In this document: positions 18,186 through 31,702 of the stretch, in pieces
Layout of the letters: each line of letters begins with the position of its first letter
How positions within the stretch are numbered: position 1 is the first letter of the stretch
NCBI GenBank assembly: GCA_963829395.1
Contig: CAWHHX010000002.1
Span: 599,779-663,778 of the forward strand
Direction of reading: 5' to 3'
Source of the DNA: an uncultured Alphaproteobacteria bacterium
GTDB lineage: Bacteria > Pseudomonadota > Alphaproteobacteria > Rhizobiales > Xanthobacteraceae
Length of the DNA: 64,000 nucleotides
The notes under the pieces: model-generated
Told to the model about the DNA's origin: nothing
Database searches by the model: none
What the model saw: the letters and a program-made list of their open reading frames with translations, nothing else
Program-made: the position numbers and the translations under genes

Positions 18186-19275
18186 TCGCGGCGCGAGCGG
18201 CATGCGAACTCGTGCGCGGGATTTGACCGCCGGTAGAACGCGGCGGCTTCGACGTTTCAATTCTGGCCCTCGGGTGTCGGCGTTGGCGTTGCTCATCTGC
18301 AATCGTGCGCGATGCACGCTTGACGATTTGCAGTGAATTGCCATTAATCTGTTGCAGAATTGTCACGTCAACCTGCAAAACTGCAGGCTGTAGTAACTGG
18401 GCGTTGGTGCCTCATTACCACGCTAAAGTTTTGTTTGTTCCGTGTGGGGCCCTGAAGGGCTACCCTGAATTACTGCACAAAATAATCGACGCGCTATGAA
18501 AGGGTTATCCCTCATGCGCAGCGGGGGGCTTCGAGTTCGGCGCCGAATCTGACATGTGTGTCTTTATTTGCTCCGCAAAATAATTGCGTCAATTCGAAGC
18601 CTCCGGTCGATTGTCACAGAATTGTAAATCACTCGTTAAGTCAAAGTCTTGCAAGCGCGGTTTTTTCGACCGCGTGAGTGCGCTCCAAAAAGCCCACCAT
18701 TAGCGACACCTTTTTTGCGGTTGCGGGCCGAAAACGGCGTGCTAACCTCAAATTCCCTTCGGTTTTGCCGAAGGTCCTCAAACATCGGTCGATACCAAAC
18801 TCATCGAGTGTGGGTGCGGGAGAGTTGCGTCCAAAGCGTAGAGCGCGCGCGTCGCGTCGAAAGACATTGCGCCATCTTTGTCGGAGTTGAGTCGCGAAAG
18901 GATTTCACGGGAGCACGCCTGGCGGTTCGGCGAGGGGTGTCAGCGGCAAATAGATCACCATCGATTGGGAGCGATGGAGGTGGGGGCATGAAAACCAAAT
19001 TCAGCAAGCCGTTACAGGCAAGTGTTTCTCCGTCCAGGGTCGGTTGGCTCCTTGCGTCCGCGCAATCATCGGTGCCACGCCGTGATCGTTGGTCGACAAT
19101 TACGTCCGGCGGCTAAATCGCCGGCTGTCGATCGGCGCCGGCTTTTGTCCTCGGCGCGCCTTCACATCATCAGTTGATCAACGTCCGTTGCGTTTTCCAG
19201 AGGTGGAACATGGTGGGTGCTAGCTCGCCTCAGTTGCTTGTTTCGAATCCTATTCCGGCAAAAAAGCAGGCCGAC
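18186..19275. other. 1.09 kb non-coding spacer upstream of dnaA (dnaA promoter/leader; possible replication-control region)
   Basis: No credible long ORF on either strand, and visibly lower GC than the flanks. Features seen: repeated (G)AATTGTCAC-type motifs at 18356-18365, 18609-18617 and 18621-18630; several short hairpins; and a DnaA-box-like TTTTCCAGA at 19191-19199. See findings. Confidence 0.4.
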
Positions 19276-20700
19276 ATGATGAACACGGATCAGGAGCGCT
19301 GGCAGCGGGTCAAGAACCGGCTGCGCACGGAGCTCGGTGACGATGTCTTTACGAGTTGGTTCGCGCGGATGGAGCTGGAAACCGTGGACAAGGGAGCGGT
19401 CCGATTGTCGGTACCGACGCGGTTTCTGCGCAACTGGATCCAATCGCATTACAGCGAGAAGGTGCTGGGCAATTGGCAGGCCGAGGAGCCTTCCGTCACC
19501 CGTCTTGAATTGAGCGTGCGGTCGGCTGCAATCCGGCCGATCGCCGTCAAGCCGCGGTTGCCGGATGCGCCGCCGCCGTTGCGCGATGCCCGCGACCCCG
19601 CCATGAACGGGGCGGAGATACGCGCCAGCATCCCGTTCATGTCGGTGCACGAAGCGCTCGGCGGCTCGCCGCTCGACCCGCGGCTCGCGTTCGACACCTT
19701 CATCGTCGGGCGCTCGAACACGCTCGCGCACGCCGCGGCCCGCCAGGTCGCGACCACCCGACGTGGCGACCAGCTGATGTTCAATCCGCTCTACATTCAT
19801 GCCGGCGTCGGTCTCGGCAAGACCCACCTGTTGCAGGCGATTACCTGGGCCGGCAATGGCAACGATCGCAAGGTGCTCTACCTGACGGCCGAACGGTTCA
19901 TGTACGGCTTCGTGTCGGCGTTGCGCACGCAGACGACGCTGGCGTTTAAGGAAGCCGTGCGCGCCATCGATGTCCTGATCATCGATGACCTGCAATTCCT
20001 CCAGGGCCGATCGACCCAGGCGGAGTTCTGCCACACGCTCAACACGCTGATCGATGCTGGACGCCAGGTGGTGATCGCCAGCGACCGTCCGCCGTCCGAT
20101 CTCGAGAGTCTCGACGATCGGGTACGCTCGCGCCTCGCCGGCGGCCTGGTGGTGGAGATCGGCTCGCTCGGCGAAGAGTTGCGGCTCGAAATCCTCAAGA
20201 GCCGGATTGCGGCTGCCTGCAGCCATCATCCCGGCTTCGAGGTTCCCCCGCCGGTGCTGGTCTTCATCGCCAAATCGGTCACCCACAATGGCCGCGACCT
20301 GGAAGGCGCCGTCAATCGCTTGTTGGCCCATAACAAGCTCACCGGCCAGCCGGTGACGCTGGAGATGGCGGAGCGCGAAATGCGCGACCTCATCCGGCCG
20401 GCCGAACCGAAACGCGTGCGGATCGAGGACATCCAGCGTGTGGTGGCGCGCCAATACAATGTGAGCCGCGCCGATCTGCTCTCCTCGCGCCGCACGGCCA
20501 ACGTGGTGCGGCCGCGGCAGGTCGCCATGTATCTGGCGAAAATCCTTACGTTGCGGTCATTGCCGGAAATCGGCCGCCGCTTCGGGGGCCGCGATCACAC
20601 CACCGTCCTGCATGCGGTGCGCAAGATCGAGACGCTGGCCGGCAACGACAGCACCTTCGCCGAGGAGATCGAGGCGCTCAAGCGTCAGCTGCAGGATTGA
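19276..20700 (+). CDS. dnaA: chromosomal replication initiator protein DnaA
   Basis: Track ORF 19174..20700. ATG-ATG at 19276 gives [29 protein letters not shown], a typical DnaA N-terminus. It has the AAA+ Walker A ([12 protein letters not shown]) and the C-terminal DNA-binding helix ([19 protein letters not shown]). Confidence 0.95.
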   Translation: MMNTDQERWQRVKNRLRTELGDDVFTSWFARMELETVDKGAVRLSVPTRFLRNWIQSHYSEKVLGNWQAEEPSVTRLELSVRSAAIRPIAVKPRLPDAPPPLRDARDPAMNGAEIRASIPFMSVHEALGGSPLDPRLAFDTFIVGRSNTLAHAAARQVATTRRGDQLMFNPLYIHAGVGLGKTHLLQAITWAGNGNDRKVLYLTAERFMYGFVSALRTQTTLAFKEAVRAIDVLIIDDLQFLQGRSTQAEFCHTLNTLIDAGRQVVIASDRPPSDLESLDDRVRSRLAGGLVVEIGSLGEELRLEILKSRIAAACSHHPGFEVPPPVLVFIAKSVTHNGRDLEGAVNRLLAHNKLTGQPVTLEMAEREMRDLIRPAEPKRVRIEDIQRVVARQYNVSRADLLSSRRTANVVRPRQVAMYLAKILTLRSLPEIGRRFGGRDHTTVLHAVRKIETLAGNDSTFAEEIEALKRQLQD

Positions 20701-20987
20701 CCGTCATGCCGCGTCGGCTCAACGGGCCGACCCCGGATCCATCATCGCGCATGGTTGGGCTTCCGAAGGCGGTGGCCAATCCGTAATATCCACGGTTAGG
20801 GATTCCGGGCTGCTGCCGCGCCTGCCAATGGGCGGCCATTTTGGGCCCGAACGGTCGGCTCGGCCTTGGAATGACGAGGGGTTGCGAAACTTAGGGAAAA
20901 ACGCCGTTTCCGCCGCGTTCCGCCCTTGCCGAAAGCGCAGCGCCACGCCACCTTCCCTACCCCCGTGTTCGTGAGCGGATTTTTGCG

Positions 20988-22106
20988 ATGAAGGTCACTG
21001 TAGAGCGTTCCGAGTTGCTGAGGTCGCTCGGCCATGTGCATCGCGCGGTGGAGCGACGCAACACCATTCCTATTCTCGCCAATGTGCTGCTTCGCGCCGA
21101 CCGCGCCAAGCTCAGCCTGAAGGCGACCGACCTCGATCTCGAAGTGACCGACACGATCGCCGCCGAAGCCGCGCCCGGCGGATCGACTACCGTGCCCGCG
21201 CACATGTTCTACGACATCGTGCGCAAGCTGCCCGAGGGCGCGCAGATCGTTCTGGAATCCTCCGGCGACCGTGCCGCGCTGGCGATCCGCGCCGGCCGTT
21301 CGCGGTTCACGCTGCAGACTTTGCCGGAGAGCGATTTTCCCGATCTCGCTCCCGGCGAGATGACGCACAAATTCGCGCTCAAGGCCGCCGATCTCAAGCG
21401 CCTCATCGACAAGACCCAGTTTGCGATCTCGACCGAGGAAACCCGCTACTATCTCAACGGCATCTACCTGCACGTCGCCGGCACCGGGCCAGCGCAGACC
21501 TTGCGGGCCGTCGCCACTGACGGCCACCGCCTGGCGCAGATGGAGCTTGAGCTGCCGAAGGGCGCCGCCGGCATGCCGGGCATCATCGTGCCGCGCAAGA
21601 CCGTCGGCGAAGTCCAGCGGCTGCTCGAGGACGGCGACGCCGAAGTCGCCGTCGAGCTGTCGCCGGGAAAAATTCGCTTCACCGTCGGCGAGGTGATCCT
21701 GACCTCAAAGCTGATCGATGGTACCTTTCCCGATTACGCACGCGTCATTCCGGCCGGCAACGACAAGGAACTGGTGGTCGACAAAAAGGAATTCGAGGCG
21801 GCGGTCGACCGCGTCTCGACGGTGTCGAGCGAACGCGGCCGTGCCGTGAAGCTGTCGCTCACCGCTGGGCGGCTGCTGTTGTCGGTGACCAATCCCGATT
21901 CCGGCAGCGCCACCGAGGAGCTGGAAGTCGCCTACGAAGCCGACCCGATCGATATCGGCTTTAACTCGCGCTACCTGCTCGACATCGCCACCCAGATCGA
22001 AAGCGAGGCCGCGGTGCTCAAGCTCGCCGATCCGGGTTCGCCGACGCTGATCCAAGACAAAGAGCCGCACGGCGCCCTCTACGTGCTGATGCCGATGCGC
22101 GTGTGA
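20988..22106 (+). CDS. dnaN: DNA polymerase III subunit beta
   Basis: 372 aa. Sequence MKVTVERSELLRSLGHVHRAVERRNTIPILANVLL..., ending ...YVLMPMRV. Canonical sliding clamp located downstream of dnaA. Confidence 0.95.
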   Translation: MKVTVERSELLRSLGHVHRAVERRNTIPILANVLLRADRAKLSLKATDLDLEVTDTIAAEAAPGGSTTVPAHMFYDIVRKLPEGAQIVLESSGDRAALAIRAGRSRFTLQTLPESDFPDLAPGEMTHKFALKAADLKRLIDKTQFAISTEETRYYLNGIYLHVAGTGPAQTLRAVATDGHRLAQMELELPKGAAGMPGIIVPRKTVGEVQRLLEDGDAEVAVELSPGKIRFTVGEVILTSKLIDGTFPDYARVIPAGNDKELVVDKKEFEAAVDRVSTVSSERGRAVKLSLTAGRLLLSVTNPDSGSATEELEVAYEADPIDIGFNSRYLLDIATQIESEAAVLKLADPGSPTLIQDKEPHGALYVLMPMRV

Positions 22107-22117
22107 CCGGCATCATC

Positions 22118-22270
22118 CTGCCCCGCGAAGCGGGGAAGGGGGACCGTCCTGCGCAGCAGGACGGTGGAAGGGGCGCCGGCCTGACGGCTGGCCTCAATGC
22201 CGCATGCCCCCTCCAGCATGCTTCGCATGGTCCCCCTCCCTGGCTCCGTTGCAGTTCGCGGGGGCGGATA
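22118..22270. repeat. cluster of GC-rich palindromic (REP-like) units
   Basis: Hairpins CCCCGC-gaa-GCGGGG (22121-22135), CCGTCCTGC-gca-GCAGGACGG (22144-22164) and CATGC-ttc-GCATG inside CCCCCTCC...CCCCCTCCC (about 22205-22240) fill the dnaN-recF spacer. Confidence 0.45.
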
Positions 22271-22294
22271 TTTCACTGCGATCGCTGATTACTG

Positions 22295-23431
22295 ATGCCT
22301 GCAACCATCCGCCGCCTGACGCTGAGCAATTTCCGTAATTACCGCACCGCGTCGCTTGAAGCCGACGACAGGCCAATCGTGCTTGTCGGGCCGAACGGCG
22401 CGGGCAAGACCAATCTGATCGAGGCCATTTCGTTTCTCGCCCCCGGCCGCGGCTTGCGCCGCGCCACGCTCGAAGAGGTTGCCTTCCAGGAAGGCGACGG
22501 ATCGTGGGCTGTTGCCGCCGAGGTCGAGGGCGCGCTCGGCCTCGCTACGCTCGGCACCGGCCTCGAAGGCGCACAAGACGACGGCGCGGCGGCCCACCGC
22601 AAATATCGGATCGATCGCGAGTCGGTGACCTCGGCGTCGGCGTTCGCCGATCATCTCCGCGTGGTCTGGCTGGTGCCGGCGATGGATTCCCTGTTCGTCG
22701 GCGCCCCGTCCGAGCGCCGCCGATTTCTCGACCGCATGGCGCTTGCCGTCGATGCCGAGCATACCAGCCGGGTCAACGCGCTCGAGCGGGCGCTGCGCTC
22801 GCGCAACCGGTTGTTGGCGGAGCCGCGCCCCGATCCGCATTGGCTGGACGCCGTCGAGCATGAGACCGCCGAGCTTGCGGTCGCCGTGGCCGCCGTGCGG
22901 GCCGAAACGGTGAGCCGGATGGAGCGGGTGCTGGCGAGCCGGCGAGCGTCCGATTTCCCGCCTGCCGAGCTGACGCTGGAAGGCTGGATGGAAAAGTTAT
23001 TGCCGACCCATCCCGCCCTCGAGGTCGAGGAGCGCTATCGCGCCGTGCTGCGCGACAACCGAGCCCGCGACGCCGCCGCCGGACGCACCCTCGACGGCCC
23101 GCACGTGACCGACCTGTCGGTCGTCTACATACACAAGAACATTGCCGCCGGCGCCGCTTCGACCGGCGAACAGAAAGCCTTGCTGATCGGTCTGGTGCTC
23201 GCTCACGCCAGACTGATCACCGAGATGACCGGGTCGACGCCGGTGCTTCTGCTCGACGAGATCGTCGCCCATCTCGATCCCGGCCGGCGCACTGCGTTGC
23301 ATGCCGAGCTGGCCGAACTCGGCGCGCAGGTGTGGATGACCGGCGCCGATCCGGCGGCCTTCGCCGAGGTTGCCGATCGCGCAGCGATGATCGGGGTTCG
23401 TTCTGGCCGTCTCGAATTGCACAGCGAATAA
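22295..23431 (+). CDS. recF: DNA replication/repair protein RecF
   Basis: 378 aa. Sequence RRLTLSNFRNYRTASLEADDRPIVLVGPNGAGKTNLIEAISFLAPGRGLRRA (Walker A), with signature and Walker B motifs near the C-terminus (STGEQKALLIGLVLAHARL...VLLLDEIVAHLD). Confidence 0.95.
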   Translation: MPATIRRLTLSNFRNYRTASLEADDRPIVLVGPNGAGKTNLIEAISFLAPGRGLRRATLEEVAFQEGDGSWAVAAEVEGALGLATLGTGLEGAQDDGAAAHRKYRIDRESVTSASAFADHLRVVWLVPAMDSLFVGAPSERRRFLDRMALAVDAEHTSRVNALERALRSRNRLLAEPRPDPHWLDAVEHETAELAVAVAAVRAETVSRMERVLASRRASDFPPAELTLEGWMEKLLPTHPALEVEERYRAVLRDNRARDAAAGRTLDGPHVTDLSVVYIHKNIAAGAASTGEQKALLIGLVLAHARLITEMTGSTPVLLLDEIVAHLDPGRRTALHAELAELGAQVWMTGADPAAFAEVADRAAMIGVRSGRLELHSE

Positions 23432-23587
23432 CGCCCGCAGAGAACCGGGCGAATAGTTCCAACGCGCATGTAATCATTGGTTTTTTGCGGCGCCCGGGAA
23501 ATGGGAACAACGACGCGGACAGCCTCTTGTCATTCAAAGAGCAAAAACCTCGGGTGAGGACCAACAGATCGCGTGAGGACCAACAGC

Positions 23588-23770
23588 ATGTCGGAGCAAG
23601 CGGAAGACCTGATCGTGCGTAATCTGATCGAGGCGCTCGACCGGCTCCACAACGATCTGGATCGCATCGAATTGTGGACCGCGGCTTTGAGCTGTTTCAA
23701 AGGCCGGGCACCGGAATATCAGCCGGGCGACGACCATATGTTGCCGCCGCCGAAGCCGGCCGCCCGCTGA
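23588..23770 (+). CDS. hypothetical 60-aa protein
   Basis: This is the inner part of track ORF 23573..23770. ATG 23588 follows GAGGAC. Translation: MSEQAEDLIVRNLIEALDRLHNDLDRIELWTAALSCFKGRAPEYQPGDDHMLPPPKPAAR. The composition is protein-like, but no family is recognised. Confidence 0.4.
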   Translation: MSEQAEDLIVRNLIEALDRLHNDLDRIELWTAALSCFKGRAPEYQPGDDHMLPPPKPAAR

Positions 23771-23906
23771 ACGCAGTAGCGCGCACGCGACGCGCCGCCT
23801 TCCAATTGCCGCCTCGGATTTACGCGCTTTTCCAGCGTCAATTTTAGCGCCGGAATCGGGCGCCACAACGCTCCAAATCAGGGCCTTTTGCGGCGCTGCC
23901 AAAACC

Positions 23907-23934
23907 TTGAAAAATCGCGATCTGACAATATCTT
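23907..23934 (+). promoter_or_regulatory. candidate sigma70-type promoter upstream of gyrB
   Basis: TTGAAA (23907-23912), a 16-nt spacer, then TATCTT (23929-23934), about 100 nt upstream of the gyrB ATG. Pattern match only. Confidence 0.3.
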
Positions 23935-23950
23935 ATGGCTACTCAAATAG

Positions 23951-28067
<4,117 letters not shown>

Positions 28068-28135
28068 CTGTTGGGCGAGTGGCGAGTGGCGTTTACGCGA
28101 GTTTTGCCTACTCGCTATTCGCCATTCCCTATTCG

Positions 28136-29440
28136 CTAATGCCAGCTTTTCGTCTCTTGGCGCCCTTGGCTGGTGCGCTGCCAATAGCCTTGCCAATCGC
28201 CAGCCGGACCGATGCCGTCAACACAAGCCGGACCGGTGATGGTCGCCGCCGCAGCTGGATCGAGCACCATCATCGGCTTGCTGCCCGTGCCGGATTGATC
28301 GAGCGCCTGCCGCAGCAGCCGGCGATAGGCGCTGATCGCCTTGTCGGACGTGCCGAGATGCTCGGCCGTGCGGTCCTGGATGGCGCCCATCAACTCGCAC
28401 GCCCATTGGTCGTGCACGTTGATGTCGGCGCCCATGCCGGTAAAGGTCGCGTGCTCCTGCTCGTGCGGATCGAAGCCGTAATCGTTGCTCTTGTTCTTGC
28501 GCGGCACGTAATCCGGCAATTCGTAGAGCTCAAGCCGCTGCCGGCGCATCTCGTCTTTGTCGACCGGCGCACCGAACGAGGTGAAGATCGCGTACCAGTA
28601 ATGTTTCACATCGTCGATCGGCACGTGCCATTGCGAGATCGTCATCTCGCGGCTCATCGGAATGATGAACGCGTTGGGAAAGATCAGATTGGTGACGCGC
28701 ACGTGCGCTTTGGCAGCGCTGATCTGGCGCAGCGTGATCAGCCGGAAGCCGTAATCGGTCGGCTCGACTTCGATGCGCGGCCGCGGAAACTCGCGCATGA
28801 TCTGCGTCATCGGCATGTCGGAGTCTTTCGAGGTGTCCCGGAACATCTTGCCGTAACCTTGGTTCGGGTCCTCGTCCTCGAAGAAGCGGTGCAGGAACGA
28901 GGTGTGCACCGGATCGATGCCGACTTCCAGCGATTGCAGCCAATTGCAATCGATCATGCCCTTGAACGCAAAGGTGTGCGTCGACGGCGCGACAAAGCAA
29001 TCGAATTGCGGAAAGGCCGGCGGCTCGCCCGGCCCGAGATAAGCGAACAGGATGCCGTTCTTCTCGACCACCGGGTAGGACTTCTGTTTGACGTTGGCGC
29101 ACAGATTGCTGTTGTCCGGCTCCGCCGGCGTCTGCAGGCATTGGCCGTTGACGTCGAACAACCAGCCATGAAAGGCGCAGCGCAAGCCGCCGTCTTCCAA
29201 TCGCCCATAGGCGAGATCGGTGCCGCGATGCGGACAATGCCGGCCGATCAGGCCATAACGGCCCTGGTCGTCCTTAAACGCCACCAGGTCCTCGCCCATC
29301 AGCCGCACCGGCTTGACCGGCCGGTTGCCGGATAGCTCGTCGACCAAAGCGGCCGGCTGCCAGTAGCGCCGCATCAGCGTGCCGGCGGCGGTGCCCGGTC
29401 CGGTGCGGGTGATGAGATCGTTCTGTTCGGCGCTCAGCAT
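28136..29440 (-). CDS. Rieske [2Fe-2S] aromatic-ring-hydroxylating / O-demethylating oxygenase alpha subunit (LigXa/KshA-like)
   Basis: Track ORF 28136..29686. ATG 29440 gives MLSAEQNDLITRTGPGTAAGTLMRRYWQPAALVDEL.... It has the Rieske motif CPHRGTDLAYGR...LRCAFHGWLFD and a mononuclear-iron region (DPVHTSFLHRF). The upstream 82 codons of the track ORF lie in repeat sequence. Confidence 0.8.
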   Translation of the reverse strand: MLSAEQNDLITRTGPGTAAGTLMRRYWQPAALVDELSGNRPVKPVRLMGEDLVAFKDDQGRYGLIGRHCPHRGTDLAYGRLEDGGLRCAFHGWLFDVNGQCLQTPAEPDNSNLCANVKQKSYPVVEKNGILFAYLGPGEPPAFPQFDCFVAPSTHTFAFKGMIDCNWLQSLEVGIDPVHTSFLHRFFEDEDPNQGYGKMFRDTSKDSDMPMTQIMREFPRPRIEVEPTDYGFRLITLRQISAAKAHVRVTNLIFPNAFIIPMSREMTISQWHVPIDDVKHYWYAIFTSFGAPVDKDEMRRQRLELYELPDYVPRKNKSNDYGFDPHEQEHATFTGMGADINVHDQWACELMGAIQDRTAEHLGTSDKAISAYRRLLRQALDQSGTGSKPMMVLDPAAAATITGPACVDGIGPAGDWQGYWQRTSQGRQETKSWH

Positions 29441-29456
29441 CGGCGAACTCTCTTCC

Positions 29457-29590
29457 GTCACCCCAAGGTGCGAGCGAAGCGAGCCTCGAAGGGCGACGGC
29501 CGAGGCGCTTCGGATGTTTATACGATGATCCCCCGCCGCCCGGAAGCTGAAGCGGTTCTTCTTCCGCCCCCGCTTCGCGGAAGCAGACAT
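29457..29590. repeat. GC-rich palindromic (REP-like) sequence
   Basis: GTCACCCCAAGGTGCGAGCGAAGCGAGCCTCGAAGGGCGACGGCCGAGGCGCTTCGG...CTTCCGCccccgcttcGCGGAAG. It lies between the MBL hydrolase and Rieske genes and artificially extends the Rieske ORF in the track. Confidence 0.4.
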
Positions 29591-29592
29591 GA

Positions 29593-30471
29593 TCAAAATC
29601 CGGTCAGCACCAAAACCTTCGGGCTCGTCGGCAGCGTCGTTTTCGACACCACGACCGAGGGAATCTCCGACCGCTCGACCGGCCATTGCTGAGCGGCCCG
29701 CTCGAGGAAACGCTCCAGCGTCGCCCAGCCGAAAAAATGCATCGGGATGATCAGCGGCGCCTTCAGTGCGGTCAGCACCTCCATCATGCCATCGAGATCG
29801 AGCGTGTAATTGCCGTCGACCGGCGCCATCACCACGTCGACCCGGCCGATCTCATTGAGCTGCTGCTGGGTCAGCGTGTGATGCAGATGGCCGAGATGCG
29901 CGATGCACAAGTTGGCGATCTCGAAGACGAAGATCGAATTGCCGTAGCGCTCGGTGCCGCCGGTCCAGGTGCGGATATTGGTCGGCACGTTGCGCACCCG
30001 CACGTCGCCATATTTCAGATCCCAGATCGCCGGCTCTTCGGGGCTCGGTCCCCAGCCGCGCAGCACGTATTTGATCGCCGGGTCGGGGTGCTCGCTGAAA
30101 TGGGTATCGTGGGCATGGTTCATGGTGACGATGTCGGGCACGACGTGCGGCCTGACATAGTCGTTGTAGTCGGTGACGATGCGGACCTGCTGCGGGCTCT
30201 CGATCAGGAATGTCGAATGCCCGATAAAGCTCAGGCGCACCTGGTCGGCGTTGAGCGCCGCGAGTTTGAATGCCGCCGGCATCACCGGCGGCCGATCCGC
30301 GGAGATCAGGCCCGGACAATTCTCCTGCATTTCCGGCGGCGGTTGCGGCGTTGGTGACGGCGGCGCTTCCGACGGCTGCGCCACGGCGATCGCATGACAT
30401 GCGGCGTACAAGAAGACCGCAGCAACGACCCGCGCAACGCAGGCCGACGCGCCGATGGGCGACGGGCTCAC
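29593..30471 (-). CDS. MBL-fold metallo-hydrolase, secreted
   Basis: 292 aa with a signal-like N-terminus (ACVARVVAAVFLYAACHAIAVA). Beta-lactamase-fold landmarks: RLSFIGHSTFLIES, TMNHAHDTH, AHLGHLHH, PMHF. Confidence 0.7.
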   Translation of the reverse strand: MSPSPIGASACVARVVAAVFLYAACHAIAVAQPSEAPPSPTPQPPPEMQENCPGLISADRPPVMPAAFKLAALNADQVRLSFIGHSTFLIESPQQVRIVTDYNDYVRPHVVPDIVTMNHAHDTHFSEHPDPAIKYVLRGWGPSPEEPAIWDLKYGDVRVRNVPTNIRTWTGGTERYGNSIFVFEIANLCIAHLGHLHHTLTQQQLNEIGRVDVVMAPVDGNYTLDLDGMMEVLTALKAPLIIPMHFFGWATLERFLERAAQQWPVERSEIPSVVVSKTTLPTSPKVLVLTGF

Positions 30472-30512
30472 TTCCCCAACTCCTCAAGTCTGCCCCCGGC
30501 AGCCTATTAGTG

Positions 30513-30585
30513 GCACATGATCTTGTCGGAAAACCGGCGTCCACCGCGGATCAAGTCCGGGGCAGGCATTTTTCGGATCGTGTGC
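30513..30585. repeat. palindromic element, family C (GCACATGATC..CGGAAAA / TTTTTCGGATCGTGTGC)
   Basis: Imperfect inverted repeat whose arms resemble the 46991-47039 palindrome (GAGCATGATCCGGAAAA / TTTTCCG..GATCATGCTC). Confidence 0.45.
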
Positions 30586-30641
30586 TTTGGAGTCGGCAAA
30601 TTGGCACGGAATCGGGCGCCGGACGACCGGCGTTCGCTTAT

Positions 30642-30729
30642 CCGCTCATTCCCGCGAAAGCGGGAATCCAGAAGGAGCAATCGGCTTTGTGACAAGATGC
30701 TGGGTCCCCGCCTTCGCGGGGACGAGCGG
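30642..30729. repeat. bipartite REP/MITE-like element, family B, copy 2 (inverted relative to copy 1)
   Basis: CCGCTCATTCCCGCgaaaGCGGGAATCCAG, a 28-nt centre, then CTGGGTCCCCGCcttcGCGGGGACGAGCGG. Against the reverse complement of 26492-26574, the arms match 27/30 and 30/30. Confidence 0.65.
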
Positions 30730-30743
30730 AAGGTGTTCGCGCA

Positions 30744-31625
30744 TCACGGTGCTGAGTAAATGAGCCCGTGCGCGGTGACGACGATCCATTGGTTGTCCTG
30801 CCGCTTGATGGTTTCGACCTTGCCGAGCCCGGGAAGGATGCTGCCGGCGCCGATATCGAAAATGGCACCGTAGCGATTTTGCACCAGCGCCCGGCCGCCG
30901 CGCACGTCCTGCACGATCCATTCCCGCAAAACATTTTCCGGCGGCTTGGCGTCGGCGGACGATAGCTGTGGGCTGGCGGCAACGGAGCCGGTCGTGTCCG
31001 GCGCAGCGGTGGCCGCCGACGCCGTCACGCTTTTCTTCTCCAGGCGGTCGATCACTTCGGCGATGTGGGCGAGCTTCGCCGCCGGCTCCGCCTGCGCCCG
31101 CTCGACGCGGTCGAGACGTTCGGCAAGCTTGGCGAATTGGCCGTTGGCGCTGCGCGCGGCGCCGTCGAGGCTTGCCTTGAGCGCCGACAATTCGGCGAGT
31201 TCGGCCTTGATCGCCTGCGGGCTGCCAATCGCAGCCATCGTGGCGCTCGGGGCCGGCCAAAAATGCGCAACGCCGCTGGTCGAGAGCGACCCGGCGAAGG
31301 AGCCAACCGCGGCTGCAGCCGCAAGCGACGCGGCCAGCAGCGCAAAACGCAACGAGCGCGGCAGCGATGCGCCGTTGGCCGGCTCGCCGGCCGGTTCGCT
31401 CGATTCGTCGTTCGCTGAGTCCGCGGACGATGCCGTCGCCTCGTCGGCAGACCCGAGAAGGTCCTCGCTGATCCCCTCGGTGGCGCTCAGCGTCGGCGAC
31501 CAGACAACCGGCAGCTTGCTGTTGTTGGCCTTGCTTTCGGATGGCGTTTCGCTGGCGGCGGATGGCGCAGGCTTATTCTCGGCGTTCTCGCCCTCATCCG
31601 GGCTTTTGCCGGCATTCTCGTCCAT
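30744..31625 (-). CDS. hypothetical membrane-anchored protein (acidic/Ser-rich N-terminus, TM segment, coiled coil, C-terminal beta-rich domain)
   Basis: 293 aa. It has one hydrophobic segment (LRFALLAASLAAAAAVGSFAG), a heptad-like region (AIKAELAELSALKASLDGAARSANGQFAKLAERLDRVERAQ), and a conserved-looking tail (WIVQDVRGGRALVQNRYG.FDIGAGSILPGLGKVETIKRQDNQWIVVT). No family name recalled. Confidence 0.55.
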   Translation of the reverse strand: MDENAGKSPDEGENAENKPAPSAASETPSESKANNSKLPVVWSPTLSATEGISEDLLGSADEATASSADSANDESSEPAGEPANGASLPRSLRFALLAASLAAAAAVGSFAGSLSTSGVAHFWPAPSATMAAIGSPQAIKAELAELSALKASLDGAARSANGQFAKLAERLDRVERAQAEPAAKLAHIAEVIDRLEKKSVTASAATAAPDTTGSVAASPQLSSADAKPPENVLREWIVQDVRGGRALVQNRYGAIFDIGAGSILPGLGKVETIKRQDNQWIVVTAHGLIYSAP

Positions 31626-31702
31626 GGTCGGATCCTCCGCTCGGCGGGTGATCCGTCGTTAACCAATTATGGTTAGCAAATGGTTAGCGAGGTGCCGTGC
31701 GG

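Noticed and set aside
18649-19116. 155-aa plus-strand ORF inside the rpsT-dnaA spacer.
   Set aside because: It has no Shine-Dalgarno at its start, a Arg/Ser-rich non-protein-like composition, and crosses several hairpins. Only its last 42 codons (18988-19116) have a good RBS, and those are mentioned as a speculative miniprotein.
18186-19275. Calling the rpsT-dnaA spacer the chromosomal origin (oriC).
   Set aside because: I could find only degenerate DnaA-box-like words (two or more mismatches to TTATCCACA) and no clear AT-rich unwinding element or CtrA TTAA-N7-TTAA sites. Alphaproteobacterial origins are often near hemE. It is kept as an open question in the findings, not as a feature call.
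28068-28135. Short tandem and inverted words (GCGAGTG x2, TATTCGC x2, hairpin GCGAGT-tttgcct-ACTCGC) between the Rieske and GS-like genes; considered as a mini-array or CRISPR-like.
   Set aside because: It has only two to three degenerate copies of 6-7-nt words and no spacer structure. It resembles the simple intergenic repeats common in this kind of genome. At most it is an intercistronic hairpin.
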